Positions 1 to 12,346 of a stretch of DNA of 64,000 nucleotides are shown here, one piece after another. The DNA comes from Penicillus capitatus (lineage: Eukaryota; Plantae; Chlorophyta), in the NCBI GenBank assembly GCA_965649825.1, contig OZ287700.1, positions 1,240,001 to 1,304,000 on the forward strand, written 5' to 3'. The stretch's first letter is position 1. Each line of letters starts with the position of its first letter. Below the pieces are notes generated by a model. The model saw only the letters and a list, made by a program, of their open reading frames with translations. It was not told the DNA's origin and made no database searches. Both the position numbers and the translations under genes were made by a program.

Positions 1-372
1 AGTTGGCAGGACCCGTTCACGCCTGTGCCCTGGAAACAAAAACGCCAGAAGAAGTCAAGAGCACCGCCTAGATCGCATGCGATGCCACCGTTTATGTACG
101 CCATCGACCCGTGCGGCATTCTATGATGTTTACACATTGGACCAAGAGTGAAATCTTGTTCTCTTCGCAAACACATATGTATCAGGCGATGTACAGACAG
201 CATCCTTTTTCTCATGCGTTTCTCAGCTTTGTCACCAAGGCACCAAACACAGCTGCATTCATCTGGGGTCGCAAAGTACAGGAACAGAGCATCTGTTTGT
301 GTGGTCATTGCCACCGTGGAATCTCTCCTTGTGTCAAAACAGGTCGCGCCCCAGGCCAAAACTGTCAAATCA

Positions 373-1445
373 TCATTTCAACGAACGCTTGATGATCATA
401 ACGACGATCAACAAAATGGATCCGGCCAGAACAATAGGGGCTGCTCGACCACCCGGCCCCATGTTGACGAAAAGACGCCCGCCCAATGGCAACAGGCCCA
501 CGAGGGCATCGTCCAGTGCACCACTAGCGTCGGAGACAATCCGTGATGTCTTCTTCACTAGGTTCCATAACCAGGTCAGGGCTGTCCTCACCATACGTCC
601 GATAGCCGTCGCCACCTTCCGCAAACCTCTCAGGAGCTCGCCAAAAAAGCGGCCAATGTCATCGAGCATTGTCTCCAGAGGACTGGAACGACGACGTCCA
701 CGGCGAGCCTGACACCCCACAAGCACACTTTTCAAAAGCCACGTCCGTTCTGACTTACCGCTGCTTCATCGTATGGAATGAGAGACGCAGTCCAGTCGTT
801 AACCAACTCAATGCGTGTCTAAGACACAAGCTGTCACATCAGTCACCCATCAAAAGGAATGACATTAGAGAGCTCTTCGATCATGCTACGGAGTTCTGGA
901 TCATCTTGAATCGCCGCCAATGCTGCCGATTGCACACCAGAGTGATTCACCTAAACAGCGCACAGCAGTTCTATCTCCTGTACAGGCCACGCTTCAGATG
1001 CGTTACCATTCGTTCACTGGCGCGCATGATGCGTGAGAAGTACGTGCTGGATCGCGTATGAGAGTTGGCAGCATCGATCACGCTGTCCGCCTGGGCTCCT
1101 CCACTTCCCTTGTTCTCATCACTGTCAACGCCAATCACTCGACAGGTATGTAAGAAAATTTTCGTACTCCGAACAAAGCCCGACGATTTCTTCAACGGCT
1201 TCGTTGACCTCTGCCCTTCCGAAGTGAACTTCGTTATCATTCAACGAAACTTCCAGCCATGCGTCCTCCTCGAGCTGCTCATACTTAAGACCCGGTTTCG
1301 TGGGAGTGCGTGTACCGTACTTGAGGTCGCTCGCTCGTGGCGGAGTTCGTGGCTTGTGTCTACGACGACGCATACATGTCTATCTGTTTTTTGTTCGATG
1401 CGTGTCTCACTCGAATGACTGGACGTACTGGACGGGCGTCCGCAT
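373..1445 (-). CDS. Hypothetical protein with C-terminal transmembrane helix (5 exons)
   Basis: ATG at 1445. Four GT-AG introns of ~45-56 nt join exons in frame (MRTPVQYVQSFEHKPR...EAVEEIVGLCSDDENK...RIMRASERMVNHSGVQ...TMLDDIGRFF...GSILLIVVMIIKRSLK*). No family confidently recognised. Confidence 0.6.
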
Positions 1446-1635
1446 GGGAAACGCGTCCCAACTGACTCGACGCCGCACCGGCCGCCGCACCTGTTCCGAG
1501 TCTCAATGCCACTGAACGCAACATGATTTACAAATGCTAAGGGCGACAGACACGTACATCGTCGTCGCTATCAGCTGATACGACGCGGCGTCATATAACG
1601 TGATGCGACGTCTCGGTGTATAGAATATCCATAGC

Positions 1636-1738
1636 GATGTGACAATCATATGCATGTGACGATGGTGTTTGCTCGTGAAACATCCATCGTACGTCACATC
1701 ACACTCTCCTGAACACCGTGGCTGGCAAACGTCACATC
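1636..1738. promoter_or_regulatory. Cluster of GATGTGAC/GTCACATC motifs upstream of the 373-1445 gene
   Basis: GATGTGAC 1636-1643, CATGTGAC 1653-1660, ACGTCACATC 1691-1700 and 1729-1738. Function inferred. Confidence 0.35.
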
Positions 1739-1912
1739 ACTACATACTCTCATACGCCTCATCTTTGTTGTAGTTCTTTGCATAGACTGGAGGATCGATC
1801 GGTGGCGCACTGGGTGCAGGCTGTGCCAGATAGAGCGTCGTTGGATCATTCGGATCAACCAATCTACACAGAGGGAGAGCCTTGCTGTTGCATCTCCGTG
1901 AGATCCCGAGGC

Positions 1913-2593
1913 CTACGCTGTAGCGACGAGTTTTGAAGGTGGTTGGTTATGTGCATGAGATCTTTGGCTTTGCGATGTCGCTCCCGCTTGTGCCGTTCTT
2001 CGATGAAAAGAGAGATAGATTGGCACAAATGTCCCGACGCCGCCTCTTGTGAAAGACAGTTTAAACTGAATAGGCGGAAAGGAACCGGAAGGACCTCCCT
2101 CTTCCAACGCCGGCCATACTTGCCCTTTCGGCACACCGTTATCTCATTCATGTGTGTCCACCCAGAATCAGAGAACACGCATTACCAGCGATGTTGTTGC
2201 ATCCCAAGATGGGCTGATTGAATCGATGTCTTTGAATGTAGGCCAGTGGCACGTCGAAAGCTTTGAGCACTGGAGGACACACTTCTGGTGAAGAAGAGTA
2301 TTGGGCCATATGTCGAGACAAAACCTCCTCGCTGATCGTCGGCGACGAAAACGACTCGATAACTCGACAGCACCACAGTGCCACGTCCTTTCCACGATGT
2401 TGCTCGACTAGACACCCCATACACGATGCACGGTGTTCGGCTGTGAGGCGAGGGGACACTTTTGTAGAGGGAATGGAAGGTCTTTGATTTCCAAGTCGAC
2501 TCCCTCGCGCTGCAGCGCAAAGTATTCGCCAGTAAAGGGCGTCGGAAACAGTCCGCCCGTGGCTATGTTTGTCAAAGGCGGATTCACGGCCAT
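1913..2593 (-). CDS. WBP2/GRAM-domain (UPF0664-like) protein
   Basis: Exons read MAVNPPL...FALQREGVDLEI, GRGTVVLSSYRVVFVA, FDVPLAYIQRHRFNQPILGCNNIAG, FKLSFTRGGVGTFVP, matching WBP2-family motifs. Confidence 0.8.
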
Positions 2594-2678
2594 CGAATGC
2601 TACAGTAAAGACGGAATCACGGGAGAATGTCGTTGTTAATGAGACATCTCTCCGTGAACGCAGGTTCTCAACGTCGCC

Positions 2679-3830
2679 ATGCGACCGCAATCTTCGGGAC
2701 AAGGTCGGGCTCAGCGAGCGGCATAGAAGGCGATATCTGAGCGCTGTGGACGACAGGGCGCAATGTCAGTGCAGCGACGAAGCTCGAACACGTGGCCGAG
2801 CGATTTCAAGCTTTTTACAATGATCTTGAGCAGGAGAAACAAGCAAGGCCCGTCGTCGGTCTTCTGCAAAGGCGATGACAAAACTGCCTCTGCAGCAACG
2901 TCGTCTGTCAGACAACGCGCGATTTCATCAGCTGCAAGAAGCCCTGAACAAAATCGACCGAAACCTGGACGTAAGACAATCGTCTTACGTCAGCGATGTC
3001 GCTAAGGAAGCCCACGACGCTTAATTCTGCAGTCAGAGATCCGACGGCGTACCGAAGCGAACAAGAAAATACAGAACTACTTTGACAACGAGCTGCGGCG
3101 CATGCAAGACCGTCTAACGCAACAGATGAACGAGTGGCAGGAGTCGATGAAAACGCACGTCGATACGTTAACGAAGGACCTTCTTGCCGTTCAAAAGACC
3201 ATCAGGCGAGGTCGTCTCGATCAGAATCGCAGCAAACGTCTTTCGCTGTCGGCGATGATAGAGACGAGAAAGCCGAACGCGTATCAGCGATCGAGGAATG
3301 GACGCAGAATCTGATCGGCAAAATCGAAGAATGCGCCGTCGGACTCGAAGACGGTACACACCTCGATTCGATGGCCGCCAAATCGCGAGATCGTCTGCTG
3401 CGTATGACATAGAGCGGATGTCAAGACTGGAACGCGAGGCACATACGCTGAAACGGATTGGCGAAGACATCAGTCGCGTTCAGCAGAAAATCGAAGACGA
3501 ATCCGTTCAAAAGTAAACCGCTCCCCCATCCCTTCTCCTCTGAATATCTGCTTCTGTATACAGAGAGGCAGATCTGCTGCACATAAAGAATGAACTGTCC
3601 GAGATCTCAAGTCTGTCACCTGTCTTGTCATCGCGTTGCTGCATCTCTCTGTAGGCAGCGCCTGGGGAGAAACGAAGTTCCAGTCGACGATGCTCGAGGA
3701 GATGAAGAGCCTTCGACAGAGTCTAAAGGCAGAGACGGAGACGCGTAAAAATGAAGATGATTCAATTATTAACGCCATTAGTGAGTATACGAAGGCACTG
3801 CAGCAGGGACTGCGATTGGTGTGCCAATGA
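2679..3830 (+). CDS. SFA: SF-assemblin (striated fiber assemblin)
   Basis: KLEHVAERFQAFYNDLEQEKQ...LIGKIEECAVGLED...LKRIGEDI...EDDSIINAISEYTKALQQGLRLV* aligns with algal SF-assemblin. GCC-ATG at 2679. Includes a probable GC-AG intron 2843-2895. Confidence 0.9.
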
Positions 3831-3865
3831 AAACGAGATCTCTCCAACCGCAAAAATCCTATCAC

Positions 3866-3870
3866 TGTAA
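3866..3870 (+). terminator. TGTAA chlorophyte-type polyadenylation signal
   Basis: TGTAA 35 nt downstream of the SF-assemblin stop codon. Confidence 0.45.
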
Positions 3871-3921
3871 AGGACCGCGAATCTGCAGAACAGTAACGCG
3901 AATCTCTGCGTGTCATTTGGG

Positions 3922-5560
3922 ATGACGGCCACGCTACAGAACGTTCGGCGTCTGTCGCAATGCGAAAGGCATCTGGGCACAGAAAGACGGTAAGAGCGGA
4001 TGCGTTCGTTGTGTTATCGATGATCCTTTCTATGGCCGCACGACAGTTCCAGTCGTTGTGGGCGTCTCTCTGCTGAGAGCACTCCGACCACTCGATCCAC
4101 GGATCACCAGACGTCCAAAGAAGTAATGCCTTTAGTCTGCTTATCCATCCTCGTGACGCGTGTGATCCACTTTCGTGCTGAGCAGTTGCCGTTGTCATCA
4201 TCTCCAACAACAGGAAACGGTATCTCGCCGGATCTTAAGAGATCTTCTCCTAGTGGCCTTGAACTCGATGTTTGCTCCTTTATTCTGCATTGGATGTGTG
4301 TCTAACGAGGGCGATGGTGTGTTTGAAGATCGAAGATGTGAGTAAGCTGTACAAAACCAAGAAGGCCACGATTCAGGCGCTGCATCCCGTCGATCTGCAC
4401 GTTGAACCGAATACCAGAGTGGTGTTCCTTGGCCCTTCTGGATCAGGTCCGGCACTCTATCTTTGTTCAATACAGGAAGAGAAGAGAGATCTGATGCAGG
4501 GAAGACGACGTTGCTGCGGCTGATCTCTGGATTGGATGTTCCATCAACCGGGCGCATCTTCTACGATGGTACCGCCCGTATGCCACACAGAGATTGTTGA
4601 CACAGTCGATGGCGATCAGGCAAAGATGTGACAGAGATGCCAGTTCAGGATAGAAACCTAGGATTCGTTTTCCAGAACTACGCCCTCTTCAAACACATGA
4701 CCGTGGAGAAGAACGTTGCATTTGGACTGCGCATGCGTAAACTGGAGATCGATCAAGACAAAAGGTCATCGCTGCACTTCTGCCTTTACTGCACAAGTGG
4801 CCCGTTGCAGAATCAAAGAACTCTTGAAGATTGTCGAATTGGATGGCTACCAAAAACACTTGCCCAAGGAGCTATCTGGAGGACAGCGACAACGTATCGC
4901 TATGGCTCGTGCATTGGCGTGTTCACCACGTCTGTTGCTCCTGGATGAACCTTTTGGTGCATTGGACGTTGTGATTCGCCGTTCTCTGCGCGAGAGCCTG
5001 AAGCAGATCACAGATCAGCTGAATCTCACCACTTTGATGGTGACCCATGACCAAGTATCGTCACTCCTGTCATGTCTTCTCCAATGCTGTTGGCTGTCAA
5101 GGAAGAGGCGTTTGATTTGGCAGACAAGGTGGTGGTCTTCAATCGTGGAAAGATCGAACAGATCGGGACGCCGGATGAGATCCGTAAGGACCCTGCCACG
5201 CCGTTTGTCATGTACTTTATCGGCGATATCGATTCTCTGCCGGCGAAATCCCTCTTCATTCGCCGGATGAAGTTCAAAACGGACAAATCGATGGTCATGT
5301 TGCGACCGGAAGACATCCGTGTCTCCAATGAGCAGCAGAGTGAATACTACTGCCCAGCCACCGTGGCAGACAGGTATGACATGGGGTTCATTGTCAAATA
5401 CATTATCCGCTTCGACGATGAAGAGACCGTCTCCATCTTCGCCACGAGAGAAGAGGCAGCAACAACAAAGTCCTTTCCTGTACTGGGTCGTGTCTTTGTC
5501 TCTGTGGACCCCGAGAAGATGATGGGATTCAATGAAGAGGAGATTGAATACTTCAGATAG
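3922..5560 (+). CDS. cysA: Plastid sulfate ABC transporter ATP-binding subunit (CysA/SulA/Sabc-like)
   Basis: Spliced Walker [33 protein letters not shown] signature, [19 protein letters not shown]. Ser/Thr/Arg-rich N-terminal extension from ATG 3922 joins in frame via three introns. Confidence 0.88.
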
Positions 5561-5577
5561 GATGCGAGTCTGTGGTC

Positions 5578-7417
5578 TCAAACACCTTGGAGATATGTTT
5601 GCATCTTGTGAATCTGTTCCTGAACCGACCGTCGACTCGTGCCTCCTTCCGTATCCTTCATCTCGACGGATCGTTCAAAATTCCACACCTCATGGACATC
5701 CTCATCGAACGCAGCATGCAGGGACTTGAGATCTTGCGTGGTGAGCTCGTCCAGTCGACACTGCTTCTTCTCTGAGAGCACGACAGCCTGGCCGGCGATT
5801 TCGTGTGTTTCACGGAAGGGTACACCCTTGCGGACGAGATACTCAGCCAGATCTGTGGCCAGCATGTCACTCGATAGACCTGGGGGCATCAAAGGTTCGA
5901 TGGAGCAAAGAGTGAGATCACACTTGGGCACCGGACATCATCTTTTCTGGATAAGTGGTGAGTGTCGACAGTATTCCGCGTGTGATTTCGAGGCAGTCAT
6001 TGACTGTATCTGCCGTTTCAAAGAGGACCTCCCAGCATTCCTGCAGATCCTTATTGTATGTCGTGGGCAATCCCTTGATCACAGACATAATACTCATCAC
6101 ATTGCCCATCAGTCTTCCAGACTTGCCCCTAAAAAGCACGCCATCAAAGAATGGAGTTCTCTCCATCGACATGCCGGACAAGTTCCAGTCCATCTGGATT
6201 TTTCTTCTGAGGCATGAGACTGGATCCCGTTGTGTAGGCATCGCTGCATTGGACGAAACCGAACATGGCACTGCTGTAGACGATGAGATCTTCACAGAAT
6301 CGACTCAGATGCACGCCCAGCATCGAACAGGCAAAGATAAACTCCATGACAAAATCGCGATCCATAACCGCATCCATGGAATTGGGACAGACGCCACCCG
6401 TGAATCCGAGCTCACGGGCAAGTGCATGACGATCGATAGGGAAGGGATTTCCTGAAAGGGCACCCGATCCAAGAGGCAGGCGAGCAATTCTGGGAAACAT
6501 GTCTCGGAAACGCTCGTCATCGCGCTGCAAGGCATTGGCGTGGCACATGAGCCAATGACTCCATCTCACTGTCTGAGCCGACTGCAAATGTGTGAAACCT
6601 GATCCACAGACACGCCTCCCTGTACATCATCAGATCTTTGTTTGCCTGGCATTAAGATGTCGATGTCTGTGTCGGCTCGTTCGCAGAAGGTCCTGAGAAG
6701 CTGGTGTAGGTTTGTGCGTGTTCTTTGAAGTTCTTCCATGAGCCACAGTCGTGCATCCGTGGCCACCTGCAGAAATCCAAACGATGGATCGGTCTACTAT
6801 CATGCAGACCTGATCGTTTCGGCTGCGTCCGGTGTGCAGCTTCCCGCCAACTTCTCCAATCAATTCTGTCAGCCGTCTCTCATTTGCACTATGAATATCT
6901 TCATCATCCTTCACGACAAACTTGCCATGCGTCCACTCCTGACCTACCTAAACGCAGATCCCATACAGTACTGTGTGATGTGACCGTCATCGTACCTTTT
7001 CTAATCCGCGGAGAATCGCTTCCATTTCTTGAGAATTCAGAATCCCGGCTTTCTCAAGCGCCTTGGCATAGGCTTGACTGCCCTGTCACATCAAAACTGC
7101 ATGTTCTGCATTCTTTCAGGGGGCATGGTGACGATGTACTTGGATGTCATGTTTCCAGAATCGTTGATCGATAGAGAGGGACTCATTGAACTTTTGCATA
7201 AGCGGATCTGTCTCTGAGGTGAATCTCCCACCCCAGAGCTTCTTTCCATTGGAGACTGTTCCTTTGCTCTACGTCTCCCCACACCATAAGAGATCCATCT
7301 CTCGCAAAGAATCGCCATCACTTGCATCGTGATACGAAGAAAGCGTCTTCGATAGCGCCTCCGAACAGGCCTATGCACGTGCAGCAGGGCTCGAGGTCCG
7401 ATCGAAATGCAAAACAT
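5578..7417 (-). CDS. argH: Argininosuccinate lyase (plastid-targeted)
   Basis: [60 protein letters not shown]. Arg-rich N-terminal transit-like peptide. Confidence 0.95.
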
Positions 7418-7524
7418 GAAGACGCAATCGGCGATGGACACAGAGAGCTCGGCCGATCAATGCCTTAATGACAGCCGACGTTTCATTTACTCGCATTTGG
7501 TCAAGCACTCCGTCACTTTCGCCA

Positions 7525-9527
7525 ATGTCGAGCCGCGCTATCACCGTCCTGGCATGTCTCCTCGCGGTATGCCATGGCAAATGCATCTCATTGAAGAACA
7601 CTGCTTACTGTTTGTGACATGGTCGTCATAGTCCGTTGGTGTGGGTGGCGATACGGAATGTCACGAAGAGACATGCTCGTGGAAATCTGAATACTTTCCA
7701 AACATTCCCGTCATTCCATACGAGGGACCAGATTCGAAGAATCTCCTTGCCTTTCACTACTACAATGCATCTGAGATCATCATGGGCAAACCCATGAATG
7801 AATGGCACGTGACAGAATCTCCGTCGTGGAGCAAGAAAGGGCAGATTGGCATCTAGGCTGCGCTTCTCAGTTGCGTTTTGGCATACGATGCGTGGTAATG
7901 GAGCCGATCCCTTTGGGTTACCAACCAGAGTACTGTATCACAGTCTATCGATCTCCCAAAGACAGTCCATCCTTCTGCACAGAAATGGCCATGGGAGGAC
8001 GATTCTTTGAGTGACATGGACATGGCGCTGCGTCGTTTGGAGGCTGCCTTTGAATTCATGACCAAGTTGGGCGTGGAGTATTGGTGCTTCCATGACAGGT
8101 GTCATGCCTGCATGCATTTCTACGGTGATCTGCAACGAGGTGTGTCCATAGAGACATCGCCCCAGAAGGGAAGAATCTCGTCGAGACGAATGTTCAGCTG
8201 GATCAAATTGTCGAAGCTGCAGAGAAGCTACAGGAGAAGACCGGCATTCGATTGCTGTGGACAACGGCTCAGCTGTTCCTACATCCACGTTACATGCACG
8301 GCGCCGCCACCAGTCAGGCTTCAGCAAAGAGATCTCACTCCATTCTCCATTTCTATCCCGTAGGTCCACAAGCAGATGTCTTTGCTTTCGCAGCAGCCCA
8401 GGTGAAGAAATGCATGGAAGTGGCAAAACGGCTCAAGGCACAGGGCTATAACTTCTGGGGAGGCCGTGAAGGATATCATACTCTGAGGAACACCCATATG
8501 AAGCTCGAGTTAGATAACCTTGCCAGGTGCGCCACCGTATGAGTGAATGTTGAACAGTTCTGTTGACGGAGTGATAAAGGTTTCTGAAGATGGCTGCCGA
8601 CTATAAAGAGAAGATTGGCTTGCAAGGCACTCTGCTAATTGAACCCAAACCGCAAGAACCGACCAAACATCAAGCATGTCACTCTTTAGACATTCTCACA
8701 CTTTTGTGAACTGTCTGATCTGTTTGATCAGTACGACTTTGACGCCGCTACCACGATCGGTTTCTTGAAGAACTATGGCCTCGACAAAGACTTCAAACTC
8801 GTCGTCGAATGCAATCATGCCACGCTGGCAGGTCGCATCGTTATCTACCATCACACGGACATCATTCTTTATGTCGTCAGGCCACAGTTGTGAGCACGAA
8901 CTTGTCTTTGCCTCTCAGTACGGAATGTTGGGAAGCATCGATCTTAACACAGGCGATCCGCAGACAGTAAGAGGATGGCAAGAGTGAGCTGGGATATCTG
9001 TTGATGCTTGAAGGGATGGGATACAGATCAGTTCTTGACAGATGTGACTGAAGCAACTCTCATCATGGCCATCATTCTGAAACAGGGTTGGTGATGCCGC
9101 AGCAGCGAAGAGTGAGAAACATGCGATTGTGAATAGGTGGCATTGCACCAGGAGGATTCAATTTCGATGCCAAGCTTCAAAGGGAGAGCTTCGAAATCGA
9201 CGATCTGTTCTATGCACACATCAGTAGCATGGATGCTATGGCAAGAGGACTGAGAAATGCAGCAAGAATGGCAGAAGACGGCACGATCGATCGAATGATC
9301 GAAGAACGCTACTCCAGCTACACTGCCGGCATCGGCAAGCTTATCTCCAATGCCGAGGTATCAAACACATTTGGGTATTCCTTGCATCTGACTGCCCTGT
9401 CTTTTCTGTGCAGGTTGGATTCGAGGAGCTCGAGGCTTATGCATTCAGTCGTGACGATCCCGTTGTCGATGTGAAGAGTGGACAGGCTGAAAAGTATGAT
9501 ATGCTGTTGAGTCACTACATCCGATGA
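7525..9527 (+). CDS. xylA: Xylose isomerase (class II) with N-terminal signal-like peptide
   Basis: [56 protein letters not shown]. Exon 1 reads [18 protein letters not shown] introns at 7805-7856 and 8674-8731. Confidence 0.95.
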
Positions 9528-9621
9528 GTCTCAAGACGACTCGTGCAACATGAGATGTCACACTTTGGTCACACCTATCAAGTCAAACCGAGATGTTGTT
9601 CCTACCAGAATCGATCTTTCA

Positions 9622-9626
9622 TTACA
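9622..9626 (-). terminator. TGTAA polyadenylation signal (minus strand)
   Basis: TTACA on the + strand, downstream of the SnoaL-like gene stop at 9792. Confidence 0.35.
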
Positions 9627-9791
9627 AAGCAGTTCCCCCTTTACACCAAAAATATCATCTCCGCCGTGCCAGATCGCTCTAGACAACGAGAGGCACATGG
9701 TCTGGCATACAGACATTCAATAAGGCTCGTTCGTTTGCTGGCGATGCTAGAACAGCTGAATGGTGCAGCCAAGCATCTCCGACTGTGCTGT

Positions 9792-10494
9792 CTAATCAAA
9801 ATGGAGACGGTTGAGATGGACTTGGAGGAGATCCGTCTCGTCGATCCCTCCAACACGATCCTCCATCAACGGTGTTCGCCATACATCCACAGATGCGATG
9901 CGTGACCGATCACGGTTGAAGCGGAAAGTACTGACACCAGTGAATGTGGAATGATGTCTGGATGGCGGCTTTCCATGCCATCCTCCCAGATTCGTCCCAC
10001 GCCTACATCCATCCCAACATTGCCAACAGCAGATCACAGGGTGCCGCTTCTGCTCAACCCTTCAAACTGAACGAAGAGATGTTCGGTGCTGCCCGTGCCA
10101 AAGTCGATTGGCTCGACAAACAGATCTGGATAGGCTTTCTTTACATGTATCACCCAATCTGCCATCGCCTCGGGCCCAACGATCAGTTTTTTTCGCCTCC
10201 ATGTATTCTCATGATGCACAAATTCCTCGTCCAAAATCTCCGAGACGATGGCCGTGTCGCCTGCCATCGACAGACGCTATGCTCGGCGGGCGAATTCGCG
10301 GCGTTACCCTTGGACCAGAGTTTTTGAAAATAAGTGTGACAAAGTGTGACCATCTGTTTAATGCGCCAGTCTTTGATATCATCCGACTCGCGGTAGGCCA
10401 CCACTCGAGATGAGGTCACACGACGCGGAGGGACACTTCTCCGAAGGGGCAGTCCCTTCGACCCCGTCAAGAAACGCGTCTTGAGATGCGCCAT
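9792..10494 (-). CDS. SnoaL/NTF2-like fold protein, probable plastid transit peptide
   Basis: YFQKLWSKGN...SEILDEEFVHH...GPEAMADWVIHVKKAYPDL...LFVQFEG...GWHGKPPS...FTGVSTFRF resembles SnoaL-like ester cyclase patterns. N-terminus MAHLKTRFLTGSKGLPLRRSV. Confidence 0.7.
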
Positions 10495-10513
10495 CTGCAA
10501 ATCTCAGACGACG

Positions 10514-10526
10514 GTGACGTCACATC
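10514..10526. promoter_or_regulatory. GTGACGTCACATC motif in the 67-nt bidirectional promoter SnoaL/ATG1
   Basis: Palindromic GTGACGTCAC overlapping ACGTCACATC between divergent ATGs 10494 and 10562. Confidence 0.4.
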
Positions 10527-10561
10527 CAAGTGGCTCAGCATCCACCTCGTTCCCTTCCGTC

Positions 10562-12239
10562 ATGGCAGATTCCAGTGAGGCGCGTTTTGTGGGTGAGTGG
10601 GAGATTCTGACCCGCATTGGCTCGGGTTCGTTCTCTACGGTCTGGAAGGCGCAGCACCGGAGGACCCAACAAGTGGCAGCCGTTAAGGAAATCCCGACAG
10701 TGAAGCTCTCGGCAGACTACTCCAAATGTCTCGATGCAGAACTGGCCGCCATGCGTGGCATGCATCATCCCAACATCGTGACCTTCTACGAGCTGATCAG
10801 CGCAAGGCACAAGCAGTCGCGAATCGGCATCGATGGTGTGCTGCCGGTATAGGAGAGGAATCGCATGTGCATTGTCATGGAGTACTGTCGAGATGGAGAG
10901 CTGCAGTCAGCAATCCTTAACAAGCGTTGCGAGGAGGCATTTATCCAGCAATGCATGGCGCAATTGGCTGAGGGATTAAAGGCGCTGCGAACTGCCAAGA
11001 TCATACATGTGAGAATGACCTGTCTGGGTGAGTGAGGGGCTGAGGGGATGTCTGTTTAGCGCGATTTGAAGCCGGCGAATCTGCTGCTTTCGGATGGGGT
11101 GCTCAAGATTGCGGATTTTGGATTTGCACGGAACCTGCCATCACAGAACTTAGCAGATACACTTTGTGGATCCCCGCTCTACATGGCACCTGAAGTTCTG
11201 CAAAGAAAGAGGTCGGTCCACTTGTCATTGTGTGACCAGAAAGTGTGAGAGAAATGGGAGTAGGTATGACGCGCGTGCAGATTTGTGGAGCGTGGGGGTG
11301 ATTCTGTTCGAGATGTTGGTCGGTAAGCCACCCTTCGAAGGCCAGAACTATATCCAGCTGCTGCACAATATCGAAACGAAGCCGCTCAAAATTCCCAAAT
11401 CTGTCGCCAAGGACGTTTCCAAGGACTGTCTGGATCTGTTAGTGAAACTGCTGCAGAGAGATGCACACAAACGCATCGATTTCGATACCTTCTTCCAACA
11501 TCCTTTCATCAGAGACGCTCCTTGTGCAGAAAGCGCCATAGAGACACGTCCTCACGTTGCATGTCCTCCTCCCTGTACAGCATCTCTGCCGTTTGTGGCC
11601 GAAGAACCGGACCATCAAGATCTGGCGATCGGAGAGGATGAAGAATTTCACTACACCGTGGAGGATGACTTCGTGGTGGTCAATCGGGCTGGATCCGACG
11701 ACGGCAGTACTTCTGAGGCCAAACGCGATGACATTCTTTGTACATCGAGGCTGCTACGGATTGCGGATTGGGCGATGGAGGCGGCGGATATGGCGGCGTC
11801 CAAATCTCAGGCTTTCTGCCGATCCCTCGTTTCTGTACAGATTATTCAGCATCTCGTCGAAAAAGCAACTCCTGCCCGTCCAGAACTTTTAAACAAACTA
11901 CAAGGAGCTCTACAGAAGTCTAAGGCGATTTCGGAACGTCTCACGCAGACAGAGGTCACAAAAAAGTGCAGAGTCTCGCAGATCTATGCCGTATTCAAAG
12001 AAGGCGCTCTCGTCTGTGCGCAAAAGGCAGCAGCCGATGAGCTTTGTGGGCAATACTATGACAGCTGCGAGAATTACGCAAGGAGCACGGAATTATTGAC
12101 ATTCTTAGTTGAGGAAGGATCCGGCGTCACACTGGATCCTCCATTCAAGCTGAAAAGCAGCGAAAGAGAAAAGCTCAAGAATCTAATCAATGCCATAAAC
12201 GAGAGAAAAGAGAAGTGCACACCGACAGCCAGTACTTAA
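10562..12239 (+). CDS. ATG1: Serine/threonine kinase ATG1 (autophagy)
   Basis: [71 protein letters not shown], plus a helical C-terminal region. GC-AG intron 10802-10852. Confidence 0.9.
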
Positions 12240-12346
12240 CAAGAGCAACCATCATTCCCATCCACGCTTCTCTCACTTCGTGGCCGTACAGTATCTGTGG
12301 GACGTAAAGACGACGCATGTGTACACTACCAACCGATGCTTCCATT

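Noticed and set aside
3922-9527. Bacterial operon or contaminant (cysA, argH, xylA; also the RSH genes)
   Set aside because: All carry spliceosomal introns and eukaryotic targeting peptides.
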